Assembly: GCF_009914755.1 (NCBI RefSeq) | Contig: NC_060934.1 | Length of the DNA stretch: 64,000 nucleotides | Reading direction: 5' to 3' (one strand) | Origin: the human T2T-CHM13v2.0 reference genome, Homo sapiens | In this document: piece by piece, positions 39,862-57,488 of the stretch | How the letters are laid out: each line of letters starts with the position of its first letter | Numbering within the stretch: position 1 is the first letter of the stretch | Made by a program: the position numbers and the translations under genes | Notes under the pieces: model-generated | What the model was told of the DNA's origin: nothing | Seen by the model: only the letters and a program-made list of their open reading frames with translations | The model's database searches: none

Positions 39862-40570
39862 AATCAATTCTCACTATCTGCAGTAGTTATGTCCTATAAA
39901 ATCACCATGAACATTGACTTAGCAAATATTGAATCATTGCCCCCGAAGAAAATACAAGGTAAGGTTCCTGCAAGCCTCTGGTCAGAACATTTTTGTCAAC
40001 TGATAAATACATAATCTCGTTTTAGGGATGCTTCTGTTTTAAAACATCTTATTTAATATGTATTTAAGCACTACACTTTTTTTTTTTTTTAGACCAGGTC
40101 TCTCTGTCGCCCAGGATGGAGTGCAGTGATGAAATTACAGCTCACTGCAGCAGCAACCTCCCAGGCTCAGGTGATCCTCCTGCTTCAGCCTCCTGAGTAG
40201 CTGGGACCACGGACATGAGCTACCACACCCCATTAATTTTTTAATTATTTGTAGAGATGTGGTCTCCCTATTTTGCCCAGGCTAGTCTTGAACTCCTGGA
40301 CTCACGTAATCCTCCCAAAGTGCTGGGATTATAGGTTTGAGCCACAGCACCCGGCCTGGGGACCATTTTAAACAGCAAAATCACCAATAAGATGGGCAAA
40401 ATATACAAAAAATGTGGCATTAAATATATCACAAAAAGGCCACTTGTTTGTAATGACAGCTAGAACAAAAAGGCAGAGCACTGCCTTGAACCTCCCCTGA
40501 TAAAGTGCACATCTGCTGACTCAAGTATTTGGCAGTTCTGTGAATGCCCATGTCCAGGAATGACCACAAA
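39862..40570 (+). mobile_element. MER82 (TcMar-Tigger), internally deleted, with an AluJ-like insertion (40077-40355, -)
   Basis: gtagttatgtcctataaaatcaccatgaacattgacttagcaaatattgaatcattgc and gaccattttaaacagcaaaatcacc match the MER82 consensus. Confidence 0.8.
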
Positions 40571-41084
40571 CTAAAACATTGATCATTTTATATAGAGAAC
40601 AAAAATCTCTGTTGATGTTTTGTGTTCACGTTAACAGGATCTAGAATCAATAGCTTTATGAAGAGCGACAAGTATATCCACACTGAAAAATTTTAATACT
40701 GAGGTCAGAAGGAATATACGTTGTCAAATACCTATTTTAAAGAGATCATTTCAACTCTTTAGTACATGTTTAAAACCACCAGAGATTAAGTTTCAAAATC
40801 CTCTGTCCTACCATGCCTCATTAGTTGTTAAAAATACAGATTTCCCCTTCTCTTCTCTCTGAACAACTCAAAACTCTAAACTAGGGCAATGCAGAGTATA
40901 CCTAAAATCCATGCCTAAAAATTTAACTTTACAGTTCTCAAGATACCATACTATAAAATAAAAAAGATACTGTAGAGCTCCATTCTTACACATGTATGCA
41001 GAGAAAAGATTGGGAAAATGATTACCAAATTTAACACTGGTTTTTTATAATTTTTTTTTCTTTTCTTCTTCTTTGTTTTATTAA

Positions 41085-41288
<204 letters not shown>

Positions 41289-42505
41289 TAGTAGAGATGA
41301 GGTTTCACCATGTTGGCCAGGCTTGTCTCAAACTCCTGACCTCAAGTGATCCACCCACCTCAGCCTCACAAAGTGTTGGGATTACAGGCATGAGACATAT
41401 ATCTGTCCCATTTTATGATTCTGACTTTTTAAAGATAAAGATATTAATCACTTGGGATTAGTGAATAACATCAATGAGTAATTCAGATTTAAATATAACT
41501 TTAATATTTAATTATTTAAATAACTTTAAATAATTACATTGCTATTTTGTTGCAGAGAAAAATAACCAAAGGCTACTTCACTCAAGGCATAAACTTCCCT
41601 ATTACTGAAAAATAACAGTGAAATTATTGTTTAAATAAAACAAAGTGCAACTATTGTTTACTAATACTTTTATATTTATTTTTATTTTTTTATGTTGTTT
41701 TTATTTTTGAGAGAGTCTCGCTCTGTTGCCCAGGCTGGAGTGCAGTGGCACGATCTCGGCTCACTGCAACCTCCAGCTCCTGGGCTCAAGCGATTCTCCT
41801 GACTCAGGCTCCTGAGTAGCTGGGATTACACAAGTGTGCCGCCATACCTGGCTATTTTTGTATTTTTATTAGGGACGGGGTTTCACCATGTTGCCCAGGC
41901 TGATGGTAACTGATACTTTTAAAAGGATCTCTAACATGATGGACTTAACAATCATCACAAACTTTAAGACAAATTCAGAATTAAAGAAACAAACAAAACT
42001 AAAACATCAATAAATTAAAATTTTTATTCCCTCTAATTATTACTAATAATTACCAGTAGCAATTTGGAATGGTACAATCCATAGCCAAGAAAGTATTTTA
42101 GTGGGTTCCCTGATAAAATCTAAAGTTAATATACACTAACTTATGTGTCTTAGTTGACAGCAAACAATAAAATGTTTATATGAAGAAACATCTAACAAGA
42201 TTAAGAAATTATTTGTAATGCATATGTTGACAAGTTCATACCCCTTTTATATATTTATACAGAGGAATACAATTAACGTATATAAAGAGCTTATGTGCCT
42301 GGCACTAAGCTTAGCACTTTAATTACTTAATCTTATTTAATCCTCATAACACCATGAGGAAGTTATCCTTAAGCTTCACAGATAAAGGCACTAAGTTATA
42401 AACATTTCTGTATTTATTGAACCACTGTCCTTTTGTTAATATTCAAATATAACATAGTTATGTTTCAATAATTTACTTCCAAAATATAGTTTTATTTTTA
42501 CTTAG

Positions 42506-42847
<342 letters not shown>

Positions 42848-44172
42848 TGAACTGCTAAAATTAGTTGCTTTGAAGAGGAAAGAAGGGGTAAAGGTGAAAT
42901 ATAAAGACTCCAACATAATACAATACAGTCATATAGTTGCTTTAGTTCAATTTCTTTCAAAGACAAGCCAAGAATGAACCCTCAGAATATATTAGTAGAG
43001 TTTTAAATTTTAAATTTTTCGCTCTAATGTAGCTGATGGTGATCAAGTTCATTAAAACAAGAGTCTATGATCTTCCTTTCCTAAGACACAACCAATAAAA
43101 TACATTGATCATGTGTTCATTCAACAACCCTGCCCTGAGTTCCTTCTATGTGCACCATAGTATTTCACTGTGGTTTTAGCAAAGACATGTAAGACAAGGT
43201 TTTCCACCATCCAGGAGATGACATGGTAGGGAAGATCATTGTAATGGGAAGACAGCGATGCAATTTATTAAGTTATTGAATTCCATGGGCTGTACTTGGT
43301 AGTACACAAAATGTGTGACTTGAATTCTTATAAGAGTGACCAAGGAGTAATGATGGAGATGGTACTTTAGCTGGGCAAATTTCAAGACAGAGAAACTGAA
43401 ATATACCTTGGAAAGATTAACCTGGAATTAATAAGAATGAACTGGAGCAGGGAGATCAGTTAAAGAGCTACTGGCCACAGTTCTCATGTACACCAGTAAT
43501 AGTCCAGAATGAAAACAAAGAATTTTAGATTGAGAGAGGAGGAAACTAAGGACCCAATAGTTTAAAGTAATTAACTCAAAACGACACAGTTAGCTATTTG
43601 CAAAGGAAATTAAAAAACAAGACAGTCACTGAGAAAAATAACCAAAATCTGGCAACTGGGTCAATGTTGGTGCTACGGGAAAGGAAAAGATCCTAAAGTG
43701 AATTTAAGGTCTGAACCTAAGTAAGTGCAAGCATTAACAAACAAGGAAAAGGAGTTGTTTTTGCATTTTGTTTTGACAGATAAAGATAGCTAACTGCAAT
43801 GGCTTCCATTTTAAATGTTCCTTTTTTTGTTCTCCACAACTTAACAGTTTTATACAATTTCAAACATCCATGTAATATATATATATATTTGTCCTTGATT
43901 TTCTTGACATATAAATTTCTCTCACAGTCAAGCACTGTATAACAGTGGGTACACAGCTTATCAACAACACACTAAGCCAAAATATTATTCAGATTGGTGT
44001 GAAAATAACAGCAAATGCAAAATAAGAGTACAGAAGTATGATCAAACCATGCATTCTACATTTTAAGGTCAGCTCATCATTTTGGGAAGGGCAGGGCTGG
44101 TTTTAAAAGTATAACTAACGGTGGCTCATGCCTGTAATCCCAGCACTTTGGGAGGCCAAAGCGGGTGAATCA

Positions 44173-44424
<252 letters not shown>

Positions 44425-44631
44425 TCAAGTGCCTATGATCCTCAAAATATCAGTAAACAAACTACACCTTATTATTTTTTTTTTCTTTTAAGACAGAGTC
44501 TTGTTCTGTTGCCCAGGATAGAGTGCAGTGGTGCAATCACTGCAACCACCACCTTCTGGGTTCAAGCAATTCTCATGCCTCAGCCTCCTGAGTAGCTGGG
44601 ATTACAAGCGTGCATCACCACACCCAGCTAA

Positions 44632-44778
<147 letters not shown>

Positions 44779-45330
44779 TAATCATTAAATAACCTTTTTA
44801 AAATCAATGATCAATCTAACTTCCATCACGTATGTGCTTCTCACAAGAAAAAAAAAGGCATCTTTAATTCTTTTCTTTTTTGGTCACATTATTGTATCTT
44901 TAAAGTCTGAAGGTAAAGGAATCCAATCCATTTTATATCGCTCCAATAAAGCATTACCTCTAAGTACCATAAACAAATAATTTTTTAAAATTTTGGCATA
45001 GTCTTTGAATAAGAGCTCTAGTAAGGTTAATTGAAGACTAAAGGCAAAGAAGTACTTCCATGCCTAGCACAATATCAAGGGCACAGCAGGAAGACAACTG
45101 TCTGTTGAATAAATGTCTGAACTTCAGGCATAAATGAAAAGATCTGTATTGTATATCTGGAGGTAATTATGAAAGCAATATAGTTTCCCTACAGGACAAT
45201 ATACAGTCATTAGGCAAATATGAAACAGCATAATACCACATTACCGTAAGGCAGACCTAAATTTAAATTCCCACTCTAATATTGGTTTTTCTTCTAGGCA
45301 AACACTTATTGAATACTCACCATACGCTAG

Positions 45331-45519
<189 letters not shown>

Positions 45520-45619
45520 TAGGCACAGAAAGGTTAAGCAATGTGACCAAGAAAACAGATCTAGCAACAGAGCCAGGATTTTTATGTAAGCACTCTAATT
45601 CCAAAAAAAAAAAAAATTG

Positions 45620-46820
45620 AATGGGTAACATATTTACATTGTTTTTTAAAAGGTATGCAGTGAGAGTCTACTATGTATGTTCTCCATCAATCTAACTCTC
45701 ACCACTTCTTTTCCCACCTCTACACCAACAGTTACCAATGTTATTACTTGTATATATCCTTCCAGGGTTTTTTGTGTATCTATAAAGCAAATGCAAGTGT
45801 GTACTTTTCCTTGTTTAAAAAACCCAAAATGTAGCTCTCTATACATTACTCTCTACACCTTGCTCATTTTACTTAATGTATATTAGAAACTGTCTTTAAA
45901 AAAAGTTAATACGTATTACTGTGTTTTTAGAATTTTCCTAGCTTTTTCTTTTTCCATATGAACTTGAGTATATATTTGTCTACTTCCCTCAAAAGCCATT
46001 TGACATTTTCATTGAGATCATACTAAATTTACAAATTAGAGAAAATTGACGGGTTGATGTGGTTGAGTGTCCCTATCCATAAATGTGGTTTTCATTTGCT
46101 CAAGTTTTTTGTGCTCCTCAGTAATGCTTTCAAGTCTTCATCATATAGGTCTTGCACATTTCTTACTACTTTATTCCTGGGTTGTTTTGTTTCTCTCGCT
46201 ATTATAATAATATTATATATTATAATAATATTATATATTATAATATTATATATTATAATATTATATATAACATTATATATTATAATATTATATATCATAA
46301 TAATATTATATATCATATTATATATCATAATATATATCATATTATATATCATAATATTATATATCATATTATATATCATAATATTATATATCATAATAAT
46401 ATTATATATCATAATATTATATATTATATTATATATCATAATAATATTATATATTATATTATATATCATATTATATATTATAATATTATATATCATATTA
46501 TATATTATAATATTATATATCATAATATTATAATATTATAATATTATATATCATAATATTATATATTATAATATTATATATCATAATATTATATATTATA
46601 ATATTATATATCATAATATTATATATTATAATATTATATATCATAATATATATTATAATAATATTATATATCATAATAATATTATATATCATAATATTAT
46701 ATATTATAATAATATTATATATCATAATATTATATATTATAATAATATTATATTATATTTTGTTTCTCTTGCTATTATAATAATTTGGTTTCTTTTCTTC
46801 CATTGTTCTAATTGGCTCTT
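45620..46820 (-). mobile_element. L1ME-like fragment hosting the AT-rich array
   Basis: Antisense L1 ORF2-like sequence (ttcaagtcttcatcatataggtcttgcacatttctt). Confidence 0.6.
46200..46760. repeat. AT-rich minisatellite built from TATTATATATCATAA / TATTATATATTATAA units
   Basis: About 560 bp almost entirely A/T with sporadic C; units contain the palindrome ATAATATTAT. Confidence 0.95.
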
Positions 46821-47008
46821 GTTCCTACTCAGCTTTAATTTCAACTTTGGCAGAATTACTTAATCTTCTGGAGTCTGACTGTTCTCACCAAAACACATAC
46901 TTTTGCAGGACAGATACAAGACTTTTGGATAATGAATAAAGGATTCAGCACAGTACCTGGCACATAATGGAGGTTTACTGTTATTATTTTTTTAAATCAG
47001 CATTATAA

Positions 47009-47278
<270 letters not shown>

Positions 47279-48148
47279 TGATCCACCCGCCTCGACCTCC
47301 CAAAGTTCTGGGAATACAGGCGTGAGCCACCGCGTCCAGCCATAAATAATACATTCTAAATATTTCAACACTAAATTTCTCTCCAATTATATGGTTTATG
47401 TGTTTCTTCACCCTATACAATGCAGTACCAACTTATAATGTGTTCTCTTTTCCCCTTATTCTCAGTTGCAGAGGCTCATTCAACTTCCTAACTGAAAATA
47501 TGAATAGTTCTATGTTCTGGTACAGGTAACATCAACCACTCAGGCTTCTACCTAGTAACTCTTCAAAATATAAGGTTCATTCCTATTAGAGAGCCTAGTT
47601 ATGAAATCTATAGCTAAGCAATACTTGGATTAGAAATTACACATATGCTGATTGATCAACTGTACTTTGTATCAATTGTGGGAAGCAATCTAAGATCTAC
47701 TTTATCCTCGTTATGCCATCCTAAAAAAAAAAAAGTCACAAATGTCTTCTAATAATGTATAGGTAAAGTAGCTAAACTTTCTTCCAGTTGCTTTTCAGAT
47801 ACTCCTAATTCTGCTCTTTAGGACCGCTTTTAGCCTCACCTCTTTCTTCCCCACACCGTTTCCCTTTCACAGAACCAACAGCATTATCGCAAAAGGTGTA
47901 TTTCCCAATAGCTCTTGCCTACATTGCCCGCATATATACAACTTATAGTTAAAACTACTTCAGCTACTAGTGGAACCAAAAGCAACTTATACCTATGTCA
48001 TTGCACCTTCTGACTGCAAAAGCTTTGTTTCCAGTAAGACCTGGAGGGAAGTCCTGAAGTCAAACACAGTAATTAAGAATAGGTTTGACACTTTGGGAGG
48101 CCAAGGCGGGTGAATCATCAGGTCAGGAGGTCGATACCATCCTGGCTA

Positions 48149-48430
<282 letters not shown>

Positions 48431-48468
48431 CTAGCACTTTGGGAGGGAGAGACGGGCAGATCACTTCA

Positions 48469-48731
<263 letters not shown>

Positions 48732-49457
48732 TCAGGTTTACAAAACAGATAGAGGTGGCAACCATTTAGATTACTTTAAATTTACAACGGTATTATATCA
48801 CCATGTGCCTTAAGCAGTCTTCCAAAAGCACAAAGTTAAGTATTGTTAATGAATTATTAATTACTTAACAGGTTAGAACTGGGAGAAGTCTACAGTTGGA
48901 ATGTCAGCCTATCTGAACTGAAAATAAAACAAAATCGAAAATAAACACTTCACACATTTAGCCCTGATCTTTCTCCCCACTTACAATACTACATTTCTTA
49001 CTGCTCACTTAATATTATTAAGTTTACCACAAAATTCACCTTACCAGAATCTTTTAACTTGCCTCTTAAAAGAGAATATTTCTCTTCTTCCTGGATTCCT
49101 TATTTCTATACTAATGAATATACTAATCTATAGCTAATGATTCTACCTAGGATCATACCTGGCTCTTTCCGTTACATTTACTATTTATTTCCATCTGGTT
49201 ACCAAAGCCTGTCCATTCTTTCTGCCTCTCTAAGTCTCCATCATCTACCTGCTCCTTTCTTGCTTTAAAGGACTACCATCGGCCGGGCACGGTGGCTCAC
49301 GCCTGTAATCCCAGCACTTTGGGAGCCAAGGCGGGCAGATCACGAGGTCAGGAGTTCGAGACCAGTATGGTCAACACAGTGAAACCCTGTCTCTACTAAA
49401 AATACAAAAAAAAAAAAATTAGCCGGGTGTGGTGGTGGGTGCCTGTAATCCCAGCTA

Positions 49458-49596
<139 letters not shown>

Positions 49597-50038
49597 CTAC
49601 CATCACAGCCTAACTATTTCTTTACCTCCAATTTCTCTCCCTTTCAACCTTTCCTTTATAAATCCATGGTAATTCCCATTACAAACTATGAGTGAATAGA
49701 TATTCACCAAATTAAATTCAAGCTCCTTAATTTATTTCTACAATCTGACCTCAATTTTGCCTAACCTTCCTGCTCACTATTCTCAAGACATCTCAATTAC
49801 ATGGACTACTCTTCCCTTAGTAAGCCTCAAACTTGCCTGTTGCCATCTGCTTAGTATACTATCTCTACACAGCACTCTTGTTTATACATCCTGTAACACT
49901 TAGCATATTTTAATTGCCTTTCTATTATTTGTGCATTTGTTTTCTATTCCCTACTAGATCATTAAATGATATTCATCATGTTGTAATAGAAAGCTTGTCA
50001 TACATTTTATTTATTTACTTTATTATTTATTTTTTTAG

Positions 50039-50252
<214 letters not shown>

Positions 50253-50640
50253 TGATCCACTTGTGTCAGCCTCCCAAAGTGCTGTGATTACAGGCATGAG
50301 CCACCGCACTCAGCCTTGTCATACATTTTAAAAACTTTCATTTACAAATATCTTATGTGTATAAACTTCATAAAATGAGACACAACTGTGCTTAAAAAAT
50401 AAATTCAGTTCTCACTCCTTAAAATTAAAGATGTTCTTTTTCCTAAATAAATAAACAGAGGTAGGTCAGGCGTGGTGGCTCACACCTGTAAACCCAGCAC
50501 TTTGGGAGGCCAAGGCGGACAGATTACCTGAGGCCAGGAGTTTGAGACCAGCCTGGTCAACATGGCAAAACCCCGTCTCTACTAAAAATACAAAAAATTA
50601 GCAGGGCATGTTGACGGGCATCTGTAATCCCAGCTACTCA

Positions 50641-50745
<105 letters not shown>

Positions 50746-51066
50746 TCAAATAATAATTAAGAAACAGAGGCTGGGCATGGTAGCTCATGCCTGTAATCTC
50801 AGCACTTTGGGAGGGCGAAGTGGGCAGATCACTTGAGGCCAGGAGTTCTAGAACAGCCTGGTCAACATGGCAAAACTCCACCTCTACTAAAAATACAAAA
50901 ATTAGCCAGGGATGGTGGCACACGCCTGTAATCCTAGCTACTCTGGAGGCTGAGGGGAATCGCTTGAGCCCAGGAAGCAGAGGTTGCCGTGAGCCGAGAT
51001 CATGCCACTGCACTCCAGCCTGGGCGACAGAACAAAACCCTGTCCCCAAAACATAAAAAATAATTA

Positions 51067-51366
<300 letters not shown>

Positions 51367-54300
51367 TCAAAAAAAAAAAAAAAAAAGAGAGAGAGAGAAA
51401 AAAAGAAAAAGAAAAAAAGACATAAAAACTAAATTGATATATATATGTTCATTGCAGTATTACTTATAACAAAAATCTGGAAATAAATTCCAAAAAATAG
51501 GCTGGGCATGGTGGCTCACACCTGTAATCCCAGCACTTTGGGAGGCTGAGGCAGGTGGATCACAAGGTCAGGAGTTTGAGACCACCCTGGCCAAAATGGT
51601 GAAACCTTGTTTCTACTAAAAATACAAAAAATTAGCTGGGAGTGGTGGCACACGTCTGTAATCCCAGCTACTCAGGAGGCTGAGACAGGAGAATCGCTTG
51701 AATCCAGGAGGCAGAGGCTAGGGTGAGTGGAGATCGCGCCATGCACTCCAGCTTGGGTGACAGAGCAAGGCTCCATCTCAAAAAAAAAAAAAAATCCAAA
51801 AAATAGAATACTTAAATAAATTTTGGTACATCTAAATGATGAAATGTTAATTATATTCCTAAATATTCCCAATATTCCTAAAACTTTAAAACATGGGAAA
51901 ATGCTAAATTATTATCGGGGGAAAAAAGTTGAGATACAAGAACACATTCCCAGTTTGTAATCAGAAACATATATGAATATAGAAAAGGTCTCAGGTGACA
52001 ATACTATTTACCTATGCATGATGGCATTATAGTTTTTACTTTCCTATGTATTAGTAATTCTCTACCAAGAACATGTAATACTTTTATAATAGAAAACAAT
52101 TATGAAAAACTAAAAATATGTTATTTCAGAATAGTATAACACCTAGCAAAGGAATAAAATGAGGCAAAACTTAGATATGAATAAAAAAGTAATTAATATA
52201 TTTTCAAATAATTTGTGAAAAGCCCATTCTAAAGGATTCCAGAATGTCTTATGGCCAAGAAAGGCTAAACCAAAATTCTGCCATGCTAGAAATGAACACA
52301 AAAGAGTAAATCTAGGCAAATAAAACTTATGGTTTAAAGAATAAGCCACCGAAATGCAAGAAATTTCCCATTAAAACAAAAACAAACAAACTCTAATAAG
52401 GCCTGGCGTGGTGGTTCATGCCTATAATCCCAGCACTTTGGGAGTCTGAGGTGCGAGGATCACTTCGAGACCAGCTTGGGCAAAAGAGTGGAACCCTGTC
52501 TCTATAAAAAATACAAAAATATGCTGGGCATGGTGGCATGCACATGTGGTCCCAGCTACTCAGCAGGCTGAGATAAGAGGATTCCTGAACCCAGGGAAGT
52601 CGAGGCTGCATTGAGCCACGATTTAACCACTGTACTCCAGTGACAACAAGATCCTGTCTAAAAAAACAAAACAAAACTCCAATAAAATGTCTGTATAATT
52701 ACACACAGCATAGGTTTTTCTCGCATATAAGGTAATTATCATAACTCATTACAATTTAAAATTAATTATTGCCTTTTAAATTTCATCAAAATGAAAAAAA
52801 AAAATCCAGGGGAACAGAAAGAAGGTCAACCATGAGCTCATTAATATAGTTTCCTCATTAGTGTTACCCATTTTTCTACTAACATTATCCAAGCCCAAAT
52901 AAACTCTTATATAAACATTTGAGTACACCTCCTCTATTAGATTCTTTCATACATATCCCAAGCACTTGATATACTTTATAGCCTAGGAATACAGAAGTAA
53001 CTTTTGTGTCTTCAAAGCAGTTTTAAAAATACATGCCTTTGTGAGAAATGAGCTTTAAAAACAGTGCTACATTTGTATGATATATTGGGAATACAGAACC
53101 TAAGAATCTTTACTAAGGAGATAATGGTAACTAGACTACCTAGACTGCCATCTGCAACAAGAATCTGCTAAGTACCCAAATTGTAAAACCAAATCTACCA
53201 CACTGCTGATCTTTTAAGGAAAGTATGTGGCTCACTTCTAATCATGTAAAAACACTAACATACCCAAGAGAAAATCACTGGTTCCAAGTACTTTGAAGAA
53301 GTTTCCCTTTGTTAGACTGCTCAGATTAGGCATCTACTGCTATTTTTGTCTTCTGTGTAGGTTTTAAGAGTTTTATAAAGCATCCACCAAACCAATGCAT
53401 CTTAGAGAGAGATGCATGTATCTACATGGCGGACTTTATACAACATAACTAATCCAAGTTCCAAGGTTAGCCACCAAATCAATTCTGCAAGTCAGTTACT
53501 ATGGACCTTGGCTTGTAGTACAGCATAGCAGTTAGACAAGGGGATATATACAATATATAACAGAAAAGAGAAAAGACTGGGCATTACCATAGTTAAGTTT
53601 CTGTTCGTTTGTTCAAATATTCTTCATACCACACAGAGTTATACTGAAGTATCAAAGTGGTATCAGAATGTAAGCATCTTGGTAAAATAATGATTTAACA
53701 GGCCATCAAATCGAATGGCAGGGAAACAATCTGTGCACTAGTATTTGACCTGCCTCAAACAGAAGATATTACTGTAAATAATTCTAAACATAAGCACAAT
53801 TTAGTGAATAAGGTAGGAGACTGGTAGACTCTAACTTTCAGATTCAACTTATAGCTGTTCACCAGTCATCTGCTATTTTGACAAGTTACTTACCAACGTG
53901 TGCTGCCATTTCTCCGTAAATTTATCCCCTAAGATGAGGATAATTCTTGCAAATTGTGTCACAAGCATTTTGAAAGGAACCATGAGTTATTGTGTAATGC
54001 TCTTGAAATTCCTCAGATGTAGGGTCCTACACAAAGTAAAGTATTATTATACATTTCTCTAACAGTAGTCATCTGTTTGCATTATGATTTTTTTTCCTAC
54101 CCTTGACACTGTGATTCTTGGGCACTAACCTTTCTCAAAGTAAAGCGTTCAAAGCAAGCCTCCACTCCTGACCCAAGTAATTACTTTTTTCAAATCTATC
54201 ATCCACATCTTTCTCTTCCTTAGAAGGTATTGTGAAAACCGGGAGTTATAAAACGCAATGAGCTTCTTTGGTTTAAATGTTCTGGTTCAGTAAGAAATGT

Positions 54301-54514
54301 GTGGGATAATCTGGTATTTTTATTTTTAACCCACCCTTAAGTGAGTAACTTTATTTCCCATAGTTATATTTTCCTATATTACTTTTTAAATTTCAACTAT
54401 ATTTTAAGGAGCAGCTCGTTTATAAATTTGTTTTATGAACAGAGAGAACAGGTCAGAAAAATGAAGAAGCAAGAAAGGCAAGCCAAGTAATCACTACTAT
54501 GTGACCAAAATGCT

Positions 54515-54520
54515 TTTATT
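54515..54520 (-). terminator. Candidate intronic poly(A) signal AATAAA
   Basis: AATAAA on the minus strand followed ~30-75 nt downstream by a U/pyrimidine-rich tract (54485-54440); other AATAAA at 56910-56905 and 55837-55832. Confidence 0.35.
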
Positions 54521-54827
54521 GGAATGACTCAACAGTAGAAATTACCATTCGAGGATATGGAAAACAAAGAATCAATGCTCATCATCTTTAAAAAGAGTTC
54601 AACATAAACCACAATAAATTTTATCATACTATTAAAACTATTACCTATAAACTCTGCCAATCGAGTTAGTCTTCCATTCAGTAATACACTATACATATTT
54701 GAATTTTTTAGCTTTTGTTGGTACAATATTACATCTTGAAAATAGAACTCTCGATCTTCTTATCAGTTCTTAAAATGATTTTTAAGTTTGTGTACAAGGG
54801 GGAAGACAATAAAATATGCTGTCTTCA

Positions 54828-55493
<666 letters not shown>

Positions 55494-55629
55494 TCAGAAT
55501 TACAATAAAATACTGATGGAAACCAGCTTCCTCAAAGGTGAACAAATATTCTTTTACCTTCTAAATGTAGCAAAGGAAAAGATTTGTGAGATTAAGGATA
55601 AAAACCACAAGATTTAGGGTGGTCTCAAG

Positions 55630-55780
55630 ATGTGCTAGCCAAGTGACCCTATTAGTCTCTTAATCTCTTTTAACCTCAGTGTCCTCATCTGTAAAATGCG
55701 GACCATGATACCTGCCTTAGCTACATACAACTGTTGTGAGAATTAAATGAGATACTCCATTTGAAAGAATGTTGTAAAAC
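55630..55780 (+). mobile_element. MIR
   Basis: cctcagtgtcctcatctgtaaaatg...gttgtgagaattaaatgaga core. Other MIR-like pieces at ~42290-42400, 45290-45600, 46840-46980 and 53810-54050. Confidence 0.8.
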
Positions 55781-56662
55781 ACAAAAAACTGTTTTTTAGA
55801 TAACAGGGCTTGTTTTTAAACAGAACACCACTTTATTTACAAATTATGGTCACAGAACAGTTTAGTACTGTTTCTAACATGAAACAAATGGAAATCAATG
55901 TGCAAAACATAACCATGGTCACCAAATTATACCTATGATTAGATACACAGTAAGAAAAGGATCTTGTAAAGAAAAGTATACTTCCCATACTTAAAATCTT
56001 CAGAACTGAATTTGAAAGTATAAAAAAACAACAATTCATTTAAATGGATTGGTCTAGCGCACTGAAGATTAAATATATTTGTTAGCTATAAATTTAAAAA
56101 TTGAGACATTAGCTTAAAAAGTATTTTAAAGTTCTTATGAAGAAAAAAACATGAAAGTGAAACAGACATTCACTTCTCTGGAAATAATTCAGAAAAGCCA
56201 GTAGTGATAGAAAAGGACATACATATACAAGACAACAGAGATGAACATGAACATAATCTGCACCTTTAGTATAATAAAGGAATTCAGTTAAATCTTTCTG
56301 TGTGGTCCCTAAAAAGTCCAGAACAGAAACACCTCTTTTCAATAGGCCACAGGTTAAATCTATTCACTACATTGTCAGGCCAAGTCCTCCAGTAGGTTAT
56401 TATGAATCTCGAGAATAATTTATCCTTAATAAGGCTACCTCTTTCTCTTTCATTCCTTATTAGTTATGGAATATGTATATTTATAAAGCCAACCTATGTA
56501 AAGAAACAATTCTTAGTTCCCTCCATTCCATGTGCTTTCTGACACAAGTTTAAAGTTCTTGTGAAGTCAGCTGGGCACGGTGGCTCACGCCTGTAATCCC
56601 AGCACTCTGGGAGGCCAAGGCGGGCAGATCACAAGGTCAGGATATCAAGACCATCCTGGCTA

Positions 56663-56939
<277 letters not shown>

Positions 56940-57116
56940 TCAATTACCAGAAGACTTTAAAATAAATAAGATCCAACAACTTTTTATCTTTTAATCCAGT
57001 CCTCAAATTCACAAATTTAAAAAGGGGTTGGGGAAATGACACAAATCATTAACGAATTATTCCAAATATAAATAACTTTAGTTAAAAACATTCTTAAAAT
57101 TTAGTTAAAAACATTA

Positions 57117-57488
<372 letters not shown>

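Noticed and set aside
46054-46725. Ile/Tyr/Asn-repeat ORFs (159, 143, 129 aa)
   Set aside because: Translations of the AT-rich minisatellite.
46200-46760. CRISPR-like array or prokaryotic system
   Set aside because: No repeat-spacer architecture or cas genes; the window is primate intronic DNA.
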